Shown here piece by piece: positions 30,706-40,673 of a stretch of DNA of 64,000 nucleotides. Each line of letters opens with the position of its first letter. The stretch's first letter is position 1. The notes beneath the pieces were generated by a model. It did not search any database. It saw only the letters and a list, made by a program, of their open reading frames with translations, and was not told the origin of the DNA. The stretch lies in NCBI GenBank assembly GCA_000002435.2, contig CM018793.1, one strand, 5' to 3'. A program made the position numbers and the translations under genes. The stretch is from Giardia intestinalis. Taxonomy: Eukaryota.

Positions 30706-31836
30706 ATGCCTGCCGAAGACGCAAAGAGAACTACTCAATGGTGCTTTTTTGACGTTGACGGAGTGCTAGTCCATGAGTGCGGAGTGGCATATGCGGGGTA
30801 CTGGCTTCAGCTAGAGGCTCTGCGCACGGGAGCAATCCCAGACAACTATATTAAGTTTCTCGAAATACCGGGTGATGTAAAGCGCCAGATCGACTCTCTC
30901 CGTCCCCATGTGAAAGGCCTACACTTCCGAAGAAAGATAGAAAAGATACATGCTTGTCTTGCTGAGGCAGGAGAGTCTGTAGTAGACCCCACGGTCTTGG
31001 ACCCTGTGACGCTCATCAAAGCCGTCATGGAGGCTCAACGGGCTTATATTCAGCACCATTTCCCTCCTGAAAACTACCGCGTTCCCGGCTCTGAAGACCT
31101 ACTGCGGGATCTGTCCAAGAAGTTTTTCATCTGCACTTTGACAGCCAACGACTTTGAACAGACGTCGTGGATTCTTCGATACGTAGGCCTGGATTCATAC
31201 TTTACGGAGCTTCTTTGCTATCGGGCCGAGGCTCCTGGCCTACAGACAAAGGAAGATCTGTTGAAAGACTTCCAAGTTCGGCATCCAGACGTCGACTTTA
31301 CACAGTGCATCGTCCTAGGTGATGGGGTCCCTGATGTTCGCGCTGGGGCTGCCATGGGATGCTTCACTATCGGCATCTGTAAGGATCCCGACGACTTTGC
31401 AAAGCTTGCAGAGGCCAATTTACTGGTTAATGTGGGAGACTACGCCATCATTCCAGCGCGCCTCCAGGCTCACAGGTTTATTGCAGATAGCAGTGGGCTA
31501 ACCTTCACCCCTCGCCACTGCAGCAAGCCGTGCGACCCCGACGCAGACTGCACCGTGGAGTTCTCCTGCCAGCAGAAGAACGCCCCCCAAGAGCTTTCTG
31601 CATGTGTGATCTGGGACATCGCCTGCAACGAGACAGAGACGCCGCTGGGGAGCGTCCGCAGAAGTCCGGAGGCAGCCCACACCTACAGGGTCCAGATTCC
31701 CCTAGGCGGCGCCCCCCGGAGCGCAGTGACCAACGTTGGGATGGTGGTGCTGCGCGACGGGGCCGCCGTCGTCCACAGACAGCTCTTTCGCGTGGCGTAC
31801 GTCGCAGAGAGCGCGGTCGCGCTGCAGCTACTGTGA
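30706..31836 (+). CDS. HAD-superfamily hydrolase-like protein with an atypical GC-rich C-terminal extension
   Basis: HAD motif I FFDVDGVLV, motif II-like LTANDFE, motif IV LGDGVPDVRAGAAMG. The track start at 30676 is a GTG; the first ATG is at 30706 ('ccaaaatcctaATGcct'). The last roughly 115 codons (about 31500-31836) are markedly GC-rich and open in several frames on both strands. Confidence 0.7.
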   Translation: MPAEDAKRTTQWCFFDVDGVLVHECGVAYAGYWLQLEALRTGAIPDNYIKFLEIPGDVKRQIDSLRPHVKGLHFRRKIEKIHACLAEAGESVVDPTVLDPVTLIKAVMEAQRAYIQHHFPPENYRVPGSEDLLRDLSKKFFICTLTANDFEQTSWILRYVGLDSYFTELLCYRAEAPGLQTKEDLLKDFQVRHPDVDFTQCIVLGDGVPDVRAGAAMGCFTIGICKDPDDFAKLAEANLLVNVGDYAIIPARLQAHRFIADSSGLTFTPRHCSKPCDPDADCTVEFSCQQKNAPQELSACVIWDIACNETETPLGSVRRSPEAAHTYRVQIPLGGAPRSAVTNVGMVVLRDGAAVVHRQLFRVAYVAESAVALQLL

Positions 31837-32033
31837 GCCGGCGGGTTGAGTGAATGATCAGAGAAGCCGTTCGTCAGGGGTCAGACTGGGGCGGCGTAAT
31901 TCTCGTCATGGAGACTGCCTGCCTCACTTTTTTTCTTCCCAAATTGAATTTACAATACTTTTGATTTTATTGTAAAATTTGGGACCAGTGTGCGCATGCA
32001 TTATTTTCTCAGCGCCTTTAGGTTGTCTGGCGG

Positions 32034-35000
32034 ATGTCCGACTATGCCTCTCTCGCAAGTAAGGTCAGCTCTCAGGCGTTCGCTGCAGAAGCCTTTACCA
32101 ATTCGCTCCTGAGCTCGTCGCCGATCCTTGAGGCCAGCTCTGGCAGGGTCTTCTCTTCCGAGGAGCTCCACCAGCTAGACGCGCATGTTGCAGACCTCCT
32201 TTCCAATCTCGATAAGCTTGAGGCAGATTTGGTTACCAAGCAGATCCAAGAGTCCCGCAGTTTTCAGCAGTACAAGGTTAGCTTTTCCAGCCAAATAGAC
32301 AAGTCTGCAAAGCAGATAAGCAAATTCAAGGCGCATGTCACAACCATCGAAACTCTAATTGGGGACCTTTCATCCCTCTCTCAAGCCGGGTCAGAAGCCG
32401 TTCACATTTTGCGGAAAGCCAAGAACCTGCAGAAATCGGTATTTCTATTACAGCTTTTTAATGAGTTTATTATTGCCAGGCTTCTTGGTGGGGTCTCTTT
32501 GCACTTTGAGTTTGCACCTGTCGCTAAGAGCGGAGCTGTTGTTATTGATCAGCTGGACTACGAGCACTTTCTGGCAGCAGGCACGCTCTACAAGACAATA
32601 GGTGGCGCAGATCCGGAGATGCTGCTCACCAACACTTACTATTCGAAGGATCATTACTTTATTGATATGAACCCTTCTTTGCTTAAGCCAGGTTCTTTGG
32701 CACCAGAGAACCTTAAGTACTCACCTTACGCACAGCCAAAATCAGGCGCCAAAGAAGACACTTTGGAGCACTTATTGTCCAAACAGAACAGGGTGATATC
32801 CTCTCCCTATGAAGATAGTCCATATATCCCCCCAGCCTTTCGGTATCTACTGAACAACCCTTTCACTAGACACCAGATGCTTTTTATGCTTAAAGAGATG
32901 ATTGCTGCATTTGATATGCACAGCCTGCTTTCTGTTCCACGTTTCGACTGTTTTGAAAATGTATCTTTCTCGTGGTCCCTGCTATCAGTTCCGGAACTGC
33001 GCTCCCAGCTCCCTACCCCACTCTCCTCTGAGCAACTCAACACTGCTACCGTTGAGACCGTCGCATTCATTAAGCGGCTATATGATTCAATTACATCCTT
33101 GCACTCCATAATACCCTATCCGCCAACCTCTTCAATGAGCCGACGTCTCAATGAGTTGGTAGAGGCAGCCAACACTCTCATATCTTATGGACCGGAGCAT
33201 ATTGCAGACAATGTACACACTATCTGCACTACTTATGCCATACATTTGGATGGCCGTACAGTTGAAGAGTCTGGAGATTCTCAGCAGGCAACTCAACTAC
33301 CCCCAGTCAAGTACTCTTTTGACCTGTATTGTCATCGGTATGGCCTTCTTTATGAGCTTTGCTGTGCCCTAGACTATCGTAAAAGGCCCGATTTGGCTAA
33401 AGCACGTCGAGTAATAGCTACCATGGATGTTCTCGGCATGTACTGCTATGACCTAGTTTATGAAGCTATTGCCTATGCTTGCATCAAAGCGGCGTCTCAT
33501 CTTCTCACACGCTTTGCGGATAGCCTCTTGTTACAAAGCCCCGAAGATGTTCCCGATATACTTTCGCAATTGTCGTTCTCCGAGGAGTCAGCATCAATAC
33601 CAGGGCCGAGTCCAGAAGACCCGCAGGACGATCCAGTTAGCTCGTCACCCGCCGCATCAAAAATTAACAACCCCTTTTCAGACTTGGTGGTAGCAGCACG
33701 CACAGTATTCCCGCCGCTCACAGAATACTTTACCGCTAGTTTCTGCATCTTGAAGGGCATGTTTCGCATCTGTTTCTTGACGCTTCCCAATCCTCATCCT
33801 ATGGTCATTCAGGTGGTCCAACTGGTTCTCCGCATAATGGTAGAAAGCATAACGGCTACTCTCGATACGATCGTGAAGGAATATGCCAATGATAAGGCTA
33901 AGGTAAGCCTCATTCTAGTACGAGTATACGTCATAATAAAGTGCCTAATGGAAGATTTGGTGCGGAAGATCACTGCCCTGAATATTACAGAGCTTCTACG
34001 TGGAGTAGACTTGTCAGGGCTCTCCTTTGAGGAATACCCCTTGATCTATGGGTACGACTTCCGCTTTTCATCCCTGGATGGGGCTAAGATGGCATTTACA
34101 GACTCCATCATGCAGAAGATACGTTCAAATATCGAGCTGCTAAGGGAAACAGAAAAGGCTTCATCAAACTCAATTGGGAGTATCAATCCGCAAATAGTCG
34201 CTTCCATATTTGCCCCGTTCGAGCAAAAGGCAGGAACAGCTTCCTTGGTATCCTCCCAAGTCTCTCGTTCTGCTGCTTCTCTTTCAGACCTCTCTTCTCA
34301 TACTGTTCCAGATGTCAATATGGTGCAGATAATGATGTACCCGATATCTGACATTCAAGCCACCAATCTGTATTCTTGGTCATACTATTTTGAGGCTGAT
34401 GAAGAATTTGACAATATTCCCTGGGCGTTTGGTGAATATTTTATCAATCATTATTTGAATTTCAATGCCAAAGTGCCTTCTCTTAACGAACTTACCTCTG
34501 AGATAGAAAGGAGGAAGGCACTTTACGAGCAAACGCAAGCGCTATACACACTACTTTGTGAAATTTGTAAAAACGCGTTGGCTAGGACAACAAGCGCAGC
34601 CCTTTTAGATGGAGAGTTCACCGCTAAGGCCCAAACAATAGTTTTAGATTTGGACACGATTGTTGCTCCTTCTATTGATCTTCCCTCATCGTTAGCGAGA
34701 CTTTCATCCCTTCTTAACGGTCTCAACAAATTCAAGGCCTCTGCCTTTGTAGAAGACATTCCTGGAAACTATTACCAGCCAATCAATAAGGCGGACTTTA
34801 AGTTTCATTGCTCGCTAAGCAATAACCTCGCCATGCAGCTTATTCCACAACTTCCTGCATTTATGAGCATAGAAGTGTTCATTAACAAGCCATCCAAGAC
34901 TGGATATGGTGGTTCTCGAGACGACATTTCCCTGCTCGAACTGCTCACTACTTATGAGCGAGTACAGAACTATATGCCCGACGCGCTTACCTCTTCGTCG

Positions 35001-37076
35001 AACAGAGAGCTAAGCCTTCTTGTTCATCAATTTCTCCCAGCCTACTACAGATCCAGTGCGCTAAAAGTGGTTCCCACATATGTACAGGTCACTGCACCCT
35101 GGCCTTTCACAGATCGTACGCTGGGAGAAGTCCAGATGCATGACGGTCAGCTCAAAGCAGCAACTGGTCCAGTGACACAGGTGAACAGAGATGGCGTCCA
35201 GAGCAAGGATGCACTTGACAGCATCATTGCGAAACTCTCTGTTAACTTCTTAGAGACTGCCGAGCATGCGATCAAGCTATTATTCCAAGATTACTTTATC
35301 CACGAAAGCATATACCTAGAGAACTACCTATCCGCGACTGTTATGCTGGAGCCTTTTAGGTCCCACCATGAGGCAATTGATACGTTAATCCTAAATACTT
35401 GCAGTAAGGGCCTTTCAAGCTCGTTGTTCTCTGAGCAGAGTCTCAGCGACCTTATTGCAAAGTACAAGGCTGTGATCTATAGAGCAAGATACATGTTCTT
35501 CAAGGACTTGTCACCGCCAGAAGCAGCGTCTCCCAGGCTTTCCTTTTACAGCTACAAGACCCAGACATTTCAGACTGTGCAGGCAACTCTGGTCAAGCGG
35601 ATTCTTGCCTTTCTTGTTGCAAAGATTGGATTGTGTGTTACGGGTTATGCATCCCTTTGCTTTTCTGCGTCTGCTGGGTATTTTCCTGAGGGTGCTGTCC
35701 AGGATAGCAGCTCTATGGAGATACACGACGTTAGGACGGCCACTTATAGAATCCTGCCCCTACTGATAACATCTCCTCCGGGGACTTATGCTGTCGAGCC
35801 CATCAGCAAGAATCCTAAGCTCAGGGCAGCGTGGAAGGAGTATGGAGAGTCCGTACTAGCCTTATATATGGGGGATGCTGCTTCCACTAACCCCTTCTCT
35901 CTCTCCCTATGCAGAGTGTCTGATTGTGGCACTCCTCTTTGCTTTGGAAATGCGTCCGTAGAATATTACAAAAAGAACTCGGGATACTCGATTAGCGATG
36001 TCAAGCCCATTTTACTAGCTGAGAAGAGGTTGGGGGAGGAGCACCCGGGGGATGTGGCCATGTCGAGATCGTTTGCAAGTGCCACCTCAGGCGTATTCAT
36101 ACCGCTGACTGACAACTTCTTCGATATAATCTCGGCCACAATGACAGGATTGCAAGAGATGAGCGATTTTCTGATCACAGACGTTCTTGCTTTTGAGCGA
36201 AATGAGGAGCTGGACCAGATCATTCACAGAGAGCTGAGGCGCTTCTACGCCTCTGTGGAGCTCGCACTCCATCGGCTCTCGAATCTATACGTTGAGCTTA
36301 CGTTGGCTGGCTGCCGCATAATTTACTGTAATTGCAAATCAAACAGCTATAGCGAAGCCGATATTGCACACGATTCTGATGCTACAAGCTCAAAGCTTGC
36401 ATGTATGAGCTATGAGGAGTTTTGCCAATGGGCAAGCTCAACTGGGACTTGTATGGTGAACAGTGCAGAGAGAATCCCGCTGCATGTTCGTTATATTTTT
36501 GGGCTCCTTACCAATCAGCTATCAGTCCTTGTGTCAACCTATGAGTTTAGGCCTCCCAGCTCACGTTTCTTCTCCAGTGCAGCTCCGCTTTGCAGGAACC
36601 TTCTTCCGCCACAATCAGCCAGTGCAATAGCATCCAAGATTTTGGCTGCCTTCCCGACCCTCTATCTTGCACACCTCTCTCGCTTCTGCTTCAAGGATAA
36701 TGATCCTCTCCTCGTCATCGCTGAGCTAAAGGTTCTGTCCGAACTGTACCACACCGTTCAAGTAATTGGGGTAGACTGTGCACCGGGAACGCGTCAGGAG
36801 ATCCAGCAAAGCAAGGATAAGCTCGATCTCATCAAGGCCGTGCTACTGGCTAACTCGTCTAACCTCTCTCAGGATGTTGCTGCAATGATCAGAAGATTGT
36901 ACTTACATAATCGGGGCGAAATGCTCCTTCTATTACAGATTTTAGCCCGGCGATTGACCTCAGGGCTGGGCTTCATCACGGCAGGGGAGCCGACACGGCG
37001 AGGCGACAGATTTAGAGAGTCTTCATTTGGGCGCGAATTTGACGTCCTTTGCAAAATACTTTATGAGGATAGATAG
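32034..37076 (+). CDS. Very large hypothetical protein (1680 aa)
   Basis: Uninterrupted 5-kb ORF with ATG start. N-terminal roughly 150 aa predicted coiled coil (LDAHVADLLSNLDKLEADLVTKQIQESRSFQQYK...), reminiscent of tethering-complex subunits, but no confident domain assignment. Confidence 0.65.
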   Translation: MSDYASLASKVSSQAFAAEAFTNSLLSSSPILEASSGRVFSSEELHQLDAHVADLLSNLDKLEADLVTKQIQESRSFQQYKVSFSSQIDKSAKQISKFKAHVTTIETLIGDLSSLSQAGSEAVHILRKAKNLQKSVFLLQLFNEFIIARLLGGVSLHFEFAPVAKSGAVVIDQLDYEHFLAAGTLYKTIGGADPEMLLTNTYYSKDHYFIDMNPSLLKPGSLAPENLKYSPYAQPKSGAKEDTLEHLLSKQNRVISSPYEDSPYIPPAFRYLLNNPFTRHQMLFMLKEMIAAFDMHSLLSVPRFDCFENVSFSWSLLSVPELRSQLPTPLSSEQLNTATVETVAFIKRLYDSITSLHSIIPYPPTSSMSRRLNELVEAANTLISYGPEHIADNVHTICTTYAIHLDGRTVEESGDSQQATQLPPVKYSFDLYCHRYGLLYELCCALDYRKRPDLAKARRVIATMDVLGMYCYDLVYEAIAYACIKAASHLLTRFADSLLLQSPEDVPDILSQLSFSEESASIPGPSPEDPQDDPVSSSPAASKINNPFSDLVVAARTVFPPLTEYFTASFCILKGMFRICFLTLPNPHPMVIQVVQLVLRIMVESITATLDTIVKEYANDKAKVSLILVRVYVIIKCLMEDLVRKITALNITELLRGVDLSGLSFEEYPLIYGYDFRFSSLDGAKMAFTDSIMQKIRSNIELLRETEKASSNSIGSINPQIVASIFAPFEQKAGTASLVSSQVSRSAASLSDLSSHTVPDVNMVQIMMYPISDIQATNLYSWSYYFEADEEFDNIPWAFGEYFINHYLNFNAKVPSLNELTSEIERRKALYEQTQALYTLLCEICKNALARTTSAALLDGEFTAKAQTIVLDLDTIVAPSIDLPSSLARLSSLLNGLNKFKASAFVEDIPGNYYQPINKADFKFHCSLSNNLAMQLIPQLPAFMSIEVFINKPSKTGYGGSRDDISLLELLTTYERVQNYMPDALTSSSNRELSLLVHQFLPAYYRSSALKVVPTYVQVTAPWPFTDRTLGEVQMHDGQLKAATGPVTQVNRDGVQSKDALDSIIAKLSVNFLETAEHAIKLLFQDYFIHESIYLENYLSATVMLEPFRSHHEAIDTLILNTCSKGLSSSLFSEQSLSDLIAKYKAVIYRARYMFFKDLSPPEAASPRLSFYSYKTQTFQTVQATLVKRILAFLVAKIGLCVTGYASLCFSASAGYFPEGAVQDSSSMEIHDVRTATYRILPLLITSPPGTYAVEPISKNPKLRAAWKEYGESVLALYMGDAASTNPFSLSLCRVSDCGTPLCFGNASVEYYKKNSGYSISDVKPILLAEKRLGEEHPGDVAMSRSFASATSGVFIPLTDNFFDIISATMTGLQEMSDFLITDVLAFERNEELDQIIHRELRRFYASVELALHRLSNLYVELTLAGCRIIYCNCKSNSYSEADIAHDSDATSSKLACMSYEEFCQWASSTGTCMVNSAERIPLHVRYIFGLLTNQLSVLVSTYEFRPPSSRFFSSAAPLCRNLLPPQSASAIASKILAAFPTLYLAHLSRFCFKDNDPLLVIAELKVLSELYHTVQVIGVDCAPGTRQEIQQSKDKLDLIKAVLLANSSNLSQDVAAMIRRLYLHNRGEMLLLLQILARRLTSGLGFITAGEPTRRGDRFRESSFGREFDVLCKILYEDR

Positions 37077-37124
37077 TGAATTTAGTGGCTTTTAAGTCTC
37101 AAAGCGATAAAATATCTATCGTGA

Positions 37125-40100
37125 ATGAGGCCTTCAGTCTCTCATTATATTCCCCTTTTTGTAGCAGGCCCTGATAAGACTATCGCTATACAGCGGGGTC
37201 GGGGGGTCCCTGTTTTGATGGAAGCCTTTTCTTATGCAGACTTGACTGTTGCTAAGCGTCGACAACTTGCACGAAATCTCTATCATCTAATAGACTGCAA
37301 GCACCCTAGTTTACTAGTGTATTTGACTCTCATCAACGATAGATCTAGATGCAGTTACTCTTTAGTTTCAGAGGCAGCCACATTGCGTCCACTTTCAGAC
37401 GAGCTTTGTGTACAGACGTCTTTGCGAATATTTAGCACCACTCATAGCATCACTGCTTTCCTGATTGACCTTCTTGGAGCCGTTAAGTTTGTCTTCGATC
37501 GACATATGCACAAGGAAGCGATTAAGCTACTATGCCACTCAATTTCACTTGAGAACGTGTATCTTCAGGCGGATGGACACGCAAAACTAGCACTTCGTCC
37601 GTACTATGGCCGGAAGCAACCAAGACCTGCTACTCCTCCAGATCAATGGCCTTTGGACATCTATAAAAATCCCAGCCCAGAAACTATCGTTTTTCTGCTA
37701 GGGCAAATAGTCCTTAGATTGATACTGACAACCGATGACTTTACCGAATTCACTAAAGGGAGAGCATATTTATTGTCTCTCCATTGTAGAGCTAGATTTG
37801 GGGTGCATATCGTTGAGTTGGTTGAGCGAATGACTCGCACAGTAGCCAAAGAAAGGGTTACACTACGTTCCTTATTTGACGAGTACTGCACATCCGAGAT
37901 GAATCGAGTCGCAGACGTCTCTCGCGGCATATCTAGAACGTCTGAGTTAGGGATGACAGACTTGATGATTGCTGCAGGACTCGATGAATACCGAAGCATT
38001 TCTCTTTATCTTCCCTTTCAGCAGTTCTACACCGATAACCTAGGCCGCACAGCCTTGATGGTTGCACTCGAAAATCACGCCTACACGGCAGCTTACTATC
38101 TTCTTTCTGAAAGTGGCTACATACACAGGCTACCGAATGTGGACTATGGCGACCTTGACTACATTCCAACCAAGGCGGAGTTAGATGAGATAGCCGCTGC
38201 AGAAGCAGCGGAGCAAGAAGCAGCGGAACAAGCTGAGCGCCTTGCTGCAGAAAAGAAGGCTCGAGGGAAGAAGAAAAAGGTATCGCGGCCCAATACAGCT
38301 ATGGATGATGATGCCAAACCGCCGTCAAGAACAAGCAGCCGCTCGGGGGCTCGACCGGGCGGCTCAGACAAGGGTCAGGTTTCGGGAGAAAAGAAGAGCT
38401 CGGAAAGGCTTCGAGAAGAGCTCGAAGCCAAAAAGGCTGCTCGTCCACTTCCCTACGCAGGTGTTCGAGGATCTTTTATAACAACACAGTTGATGAAGGA
38501 ACACAAGCACGCTCTGTTCAGGGCTGCCATCCACTACGAGCGCCACCTTCTTCTGCAAGAGGGTTTTACAGAATTAATGATCGCAATTATGGCAGCAAGC
38601 TACAAAACCTTTCGACAGTATATGCACCAAACAAAGAGACAAGACATCAGGGGCTATACGGCATGTATGTACTCCGTTGAGGCCAATTGTCTTCCTATTG
38701 TTACCAGGCTAATAGAAGAAGAGAAAACCATAACGAATAATGATGGGAAAACTGCAGGCACTTTGGCACTAGAAATAGGAAACCAGCAAATTATTGATTT
38801 GTTGACGCGTTATGAGTCTTTGTTAGATCCAGATGGAAACACTCTTCTGCATCGTTCCGTTCTTAGCAATAGACCAGAAGACATATCAAAGTATCTCCAT
38901 CTGGCATCTACTTACAATAGCAATGATAAGACAGCGTTAATGCTGGCAGCTGAACGGGGATATGATAAATGCGTTGAGATGCTGCTTTCTGAAGCCAAGC
39001 TAACCACACAAACAGGACCTGATGTACTAGCAGGGTGGAAGGATATCACTGCTCTCATGCTCGCCGCGTGCAACGGGCATGCAACTTGTGTGAAGCTTTT
39101 GGAGGAAGAGGAAGCAGAGATGCGTGATTCTAATGGACAACATACGGCATTAATGGCAGCAGCTTTGACCAATAGGATCGAGGCAATAGCTATCCTGCTC
39201 AATAGAGAGGGAGGACTACAGAACCACCAAGGGTATACGGCACTTATGCTGGCCGCACAACACGAGAATGTTGAAGCATTGAATGCTTTAGTACACGTGG
39301 AAGCAGGAACGGTGGACAGGTCAGATAATACCGCTCTAATGCAGGCCGTGTTGACAGGAAAAACCGATGTTGCAAGGCACTTAATTGCTGCAGAGGCACA
39401 GGTTATACGAAAAGATGGAAACTTCGCGCTCCAACTAGCAATTGAGCAAAATCATCCTGACCTAGCTCGTGAGTTAATGGAACGAGAAGGGCATATTCTA
39501 TGTTCTATAGGATTTACGGATCTTATGACGAGCGCCTTCTTTGGAGACCTACGTGAATGTAGTCATCTATTAGACCAGGTTAGATGCAGAACAAACACGG
39601 GTATGACAGCTCTTATGATTGCTGCAAGGGCAGGGCACTTAGACGTTGTACAACTTCTTTCTGAGCACGAGATAGGACTATTTGACCAAAATGCAGTGAC
39701 GGCCGGATCTTATGCATACAGAAACGGTCACGAACCGATTTACTCCTTACTAGCAGAGCGGGAAGTAGTGGCGGATGAAGCCAAGAATACACTTCTTCAC
39801 AAAGCAGCAGAAGCAGGGGACATTTCATTAGTCAAACGTTACCATCATATGGTAGGACGGATTAACGGCCAGAACAAGACCGCGTGTCAGCTGGCCAAGA
39901 ACTTCAAGCACGAAGAGGTCGTAAGCTATTTAGAGCGGAAGGGTGACGCGGTTGATACGGACCAATCTACACTACTCCACTTGGCAGCTATTAAGAACAG
40001 TACAGACGAGGTTGGAAAGCTACTACACATGGCTGGCTGCTACAACAAAGCCGGAAGGACTGCTCTGATGGAAGCAGCAGAGAGGGACCATGCCGACATT

Positions 40101-40640
40101 GTAGAACTCCTACTACCCTACGAGGCTCACATCAGAGCAACAAAAGGATTTACTGTCGGGGGAGTTGAGTTTGCCCGGCCCACAGCCCTAATGATAGCAT
40201 CCCGTTCTGGGTCGGCTGCTGCCTGTGAAAAGCTAGTATCAACTGAGGCCAGACTTTTTACCCATGGGGCACGCCTCACTGCCCTGATGGCAGCTGCGCT
40301 TCAGGACAAGTTGGAATGCATTGGGGTGCTGCAGGGGGTAGAACAAAGAATGGTTAATTACTCAGGAAGGACAGCTCTCATGTTGGCTGCTAAAGCAGGA
40401 AAGGTCGCTGCTGTCAAGGCCCTTGCCGTGCACGAGCATGGCCTTGTAGATCTAGAAAGTAAGAATGCCGCCACGATAGCAAAGCTAGCTAAGAAGACAG
40501 ATTGTGTGGTAGCGCTTAAGCCTTATGAAAAGCCAGAAGCAAGATCGCGCCCACCTACGCATACAGAATGCAGGGATACAAACGACATTCAGCTCAACAA
40601 CGGGCCAAACGAGACCGAAGATGATGTAGTAGAGAAGTAA
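37125..40640 (+). CDS. NEK-like pseudokinase fused to more than 20 ankyrin repeats (1171 aa)
   Basis: The N-terminal roughly 260 aa follow a protein-kinase fold (CKHPSLLVYL like LKHPNIVKY; ...HSISLENVYLQADGHAKLALRP aligned to HRDLKPENIFL..G.VKLGDFG), but the catalytic Asp (HRD to HSI) and DFG (to ALR) are lost. An acidic/basic low-complexity linker follows (AAAEAAEQEAAEQAERLAAEKKARGKKKK). A long array of TALM..A-type ankyrin repeats runs to the C-terminus. Confidence 0.8.
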   Translation: MRPSVSHYIPLFVAGPDKTIAIQRGRGVPVLMEAFSYADLTVAKRRQLARNLYHLIDCKHPSLLVYLTLINDRSRCSYSLVSEAATLRPLSDELCVQTSLRIFSTTHSITAFLIDLLGAVKFVFDRHMHKEAIKLLCHSISLENVYLQADGHAKLALRPYYGRKQPRPATPPDQWPLDIYKNPSPETIVFLLGQIVLRLILTTDDFTEFTKGRAYLLSLHCRARFGVHIVELVERMTRTVAKERVTLRSLFDEYCTSEMNRVADVSRGISRTSELGMTDLMIAAGLDEYRSISLYLPFQQFYTDNLGRTALMVALENHAYTAAYYLLSESGYIHRLPNVDYGDLDYIPTKAELDEIAAAEAAEQEAAEQAERLAAEKKARGKKKKVSRPNTAMDDDAKPPSRTSSRSGARPGGSDKGQVSGEKKSSERLREELEAKKAARPLPYAGVRGSFITTQLMKEHKHALFRAAIHYERHLLLQEGFTELMIAIMAASYKTFRQYMHQTKRQDIRGYTACMYSVEANCLPIVTRLIEEEKTITNNDGKTAGTLALEIGNQQIIDLLTRYESLLDPDGNTLLHRSVLSNRPEDISKYLHLASTYNSNDKTALMLAAERGYDKCVEMLLSEAKLTTQTGPDVLAGWKDITALMLAACNGHATCVKLLEEEEAEMRDSNGQHTALMAAALTNRIEAIAILLNREGGLQNHQGYTALMLAAQHENVEALNALVHVEAGTVDRSDNTALMQAVLTGKTDVARHLIAAEAQVIRKDGNFALQLAIEQNHPDLARELMEREGHILCSIGFTDLMTSAFFGDLRECSHLLDQVRCRTNTGMTALMIAARAGHLDVVQLLSEHEIGLFDQNAVTAGSYAYRNGHEPIYSLLAEREVVADEAKNTLLHKAAEAGDISLVKRYHHMVGRINGQNKTACQLAKNFKHEEVVSYLERKGDAVDTDQSTLLHLAAIKNSTDEVGKLLHMAGCYNKAGRTALMEAAERDHADIVELLLPYEAHIRATKGFTVGGVEFARPTALMIASRSGSAAACEKLVSTEARLFTHGARLTALMAAALQDKLECIGVLQGVEQRMVNYSGRTALMLAAKAGKVAAVKALAVHEHGLVDLESKNAATIAKLAKKTDCVVALKPYEKPEARSRPPTHTECRDTNDIQLNNGPNETEDDVVEK

Positions 40641-40673
40641 GTCACAGTTCACTTAGTGACAGGGCCGCACCTA

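Noticed and set aside
31530-31853. 107-aa Arg-rich ORF in a second + frame over the HAD gene tail, and minus-strand ORFs 31470..31682 and 31498..31680
   Set aside because: Same GC-rich composition artefact. Arg/Gly/Pro-rich translation with no independent start context.
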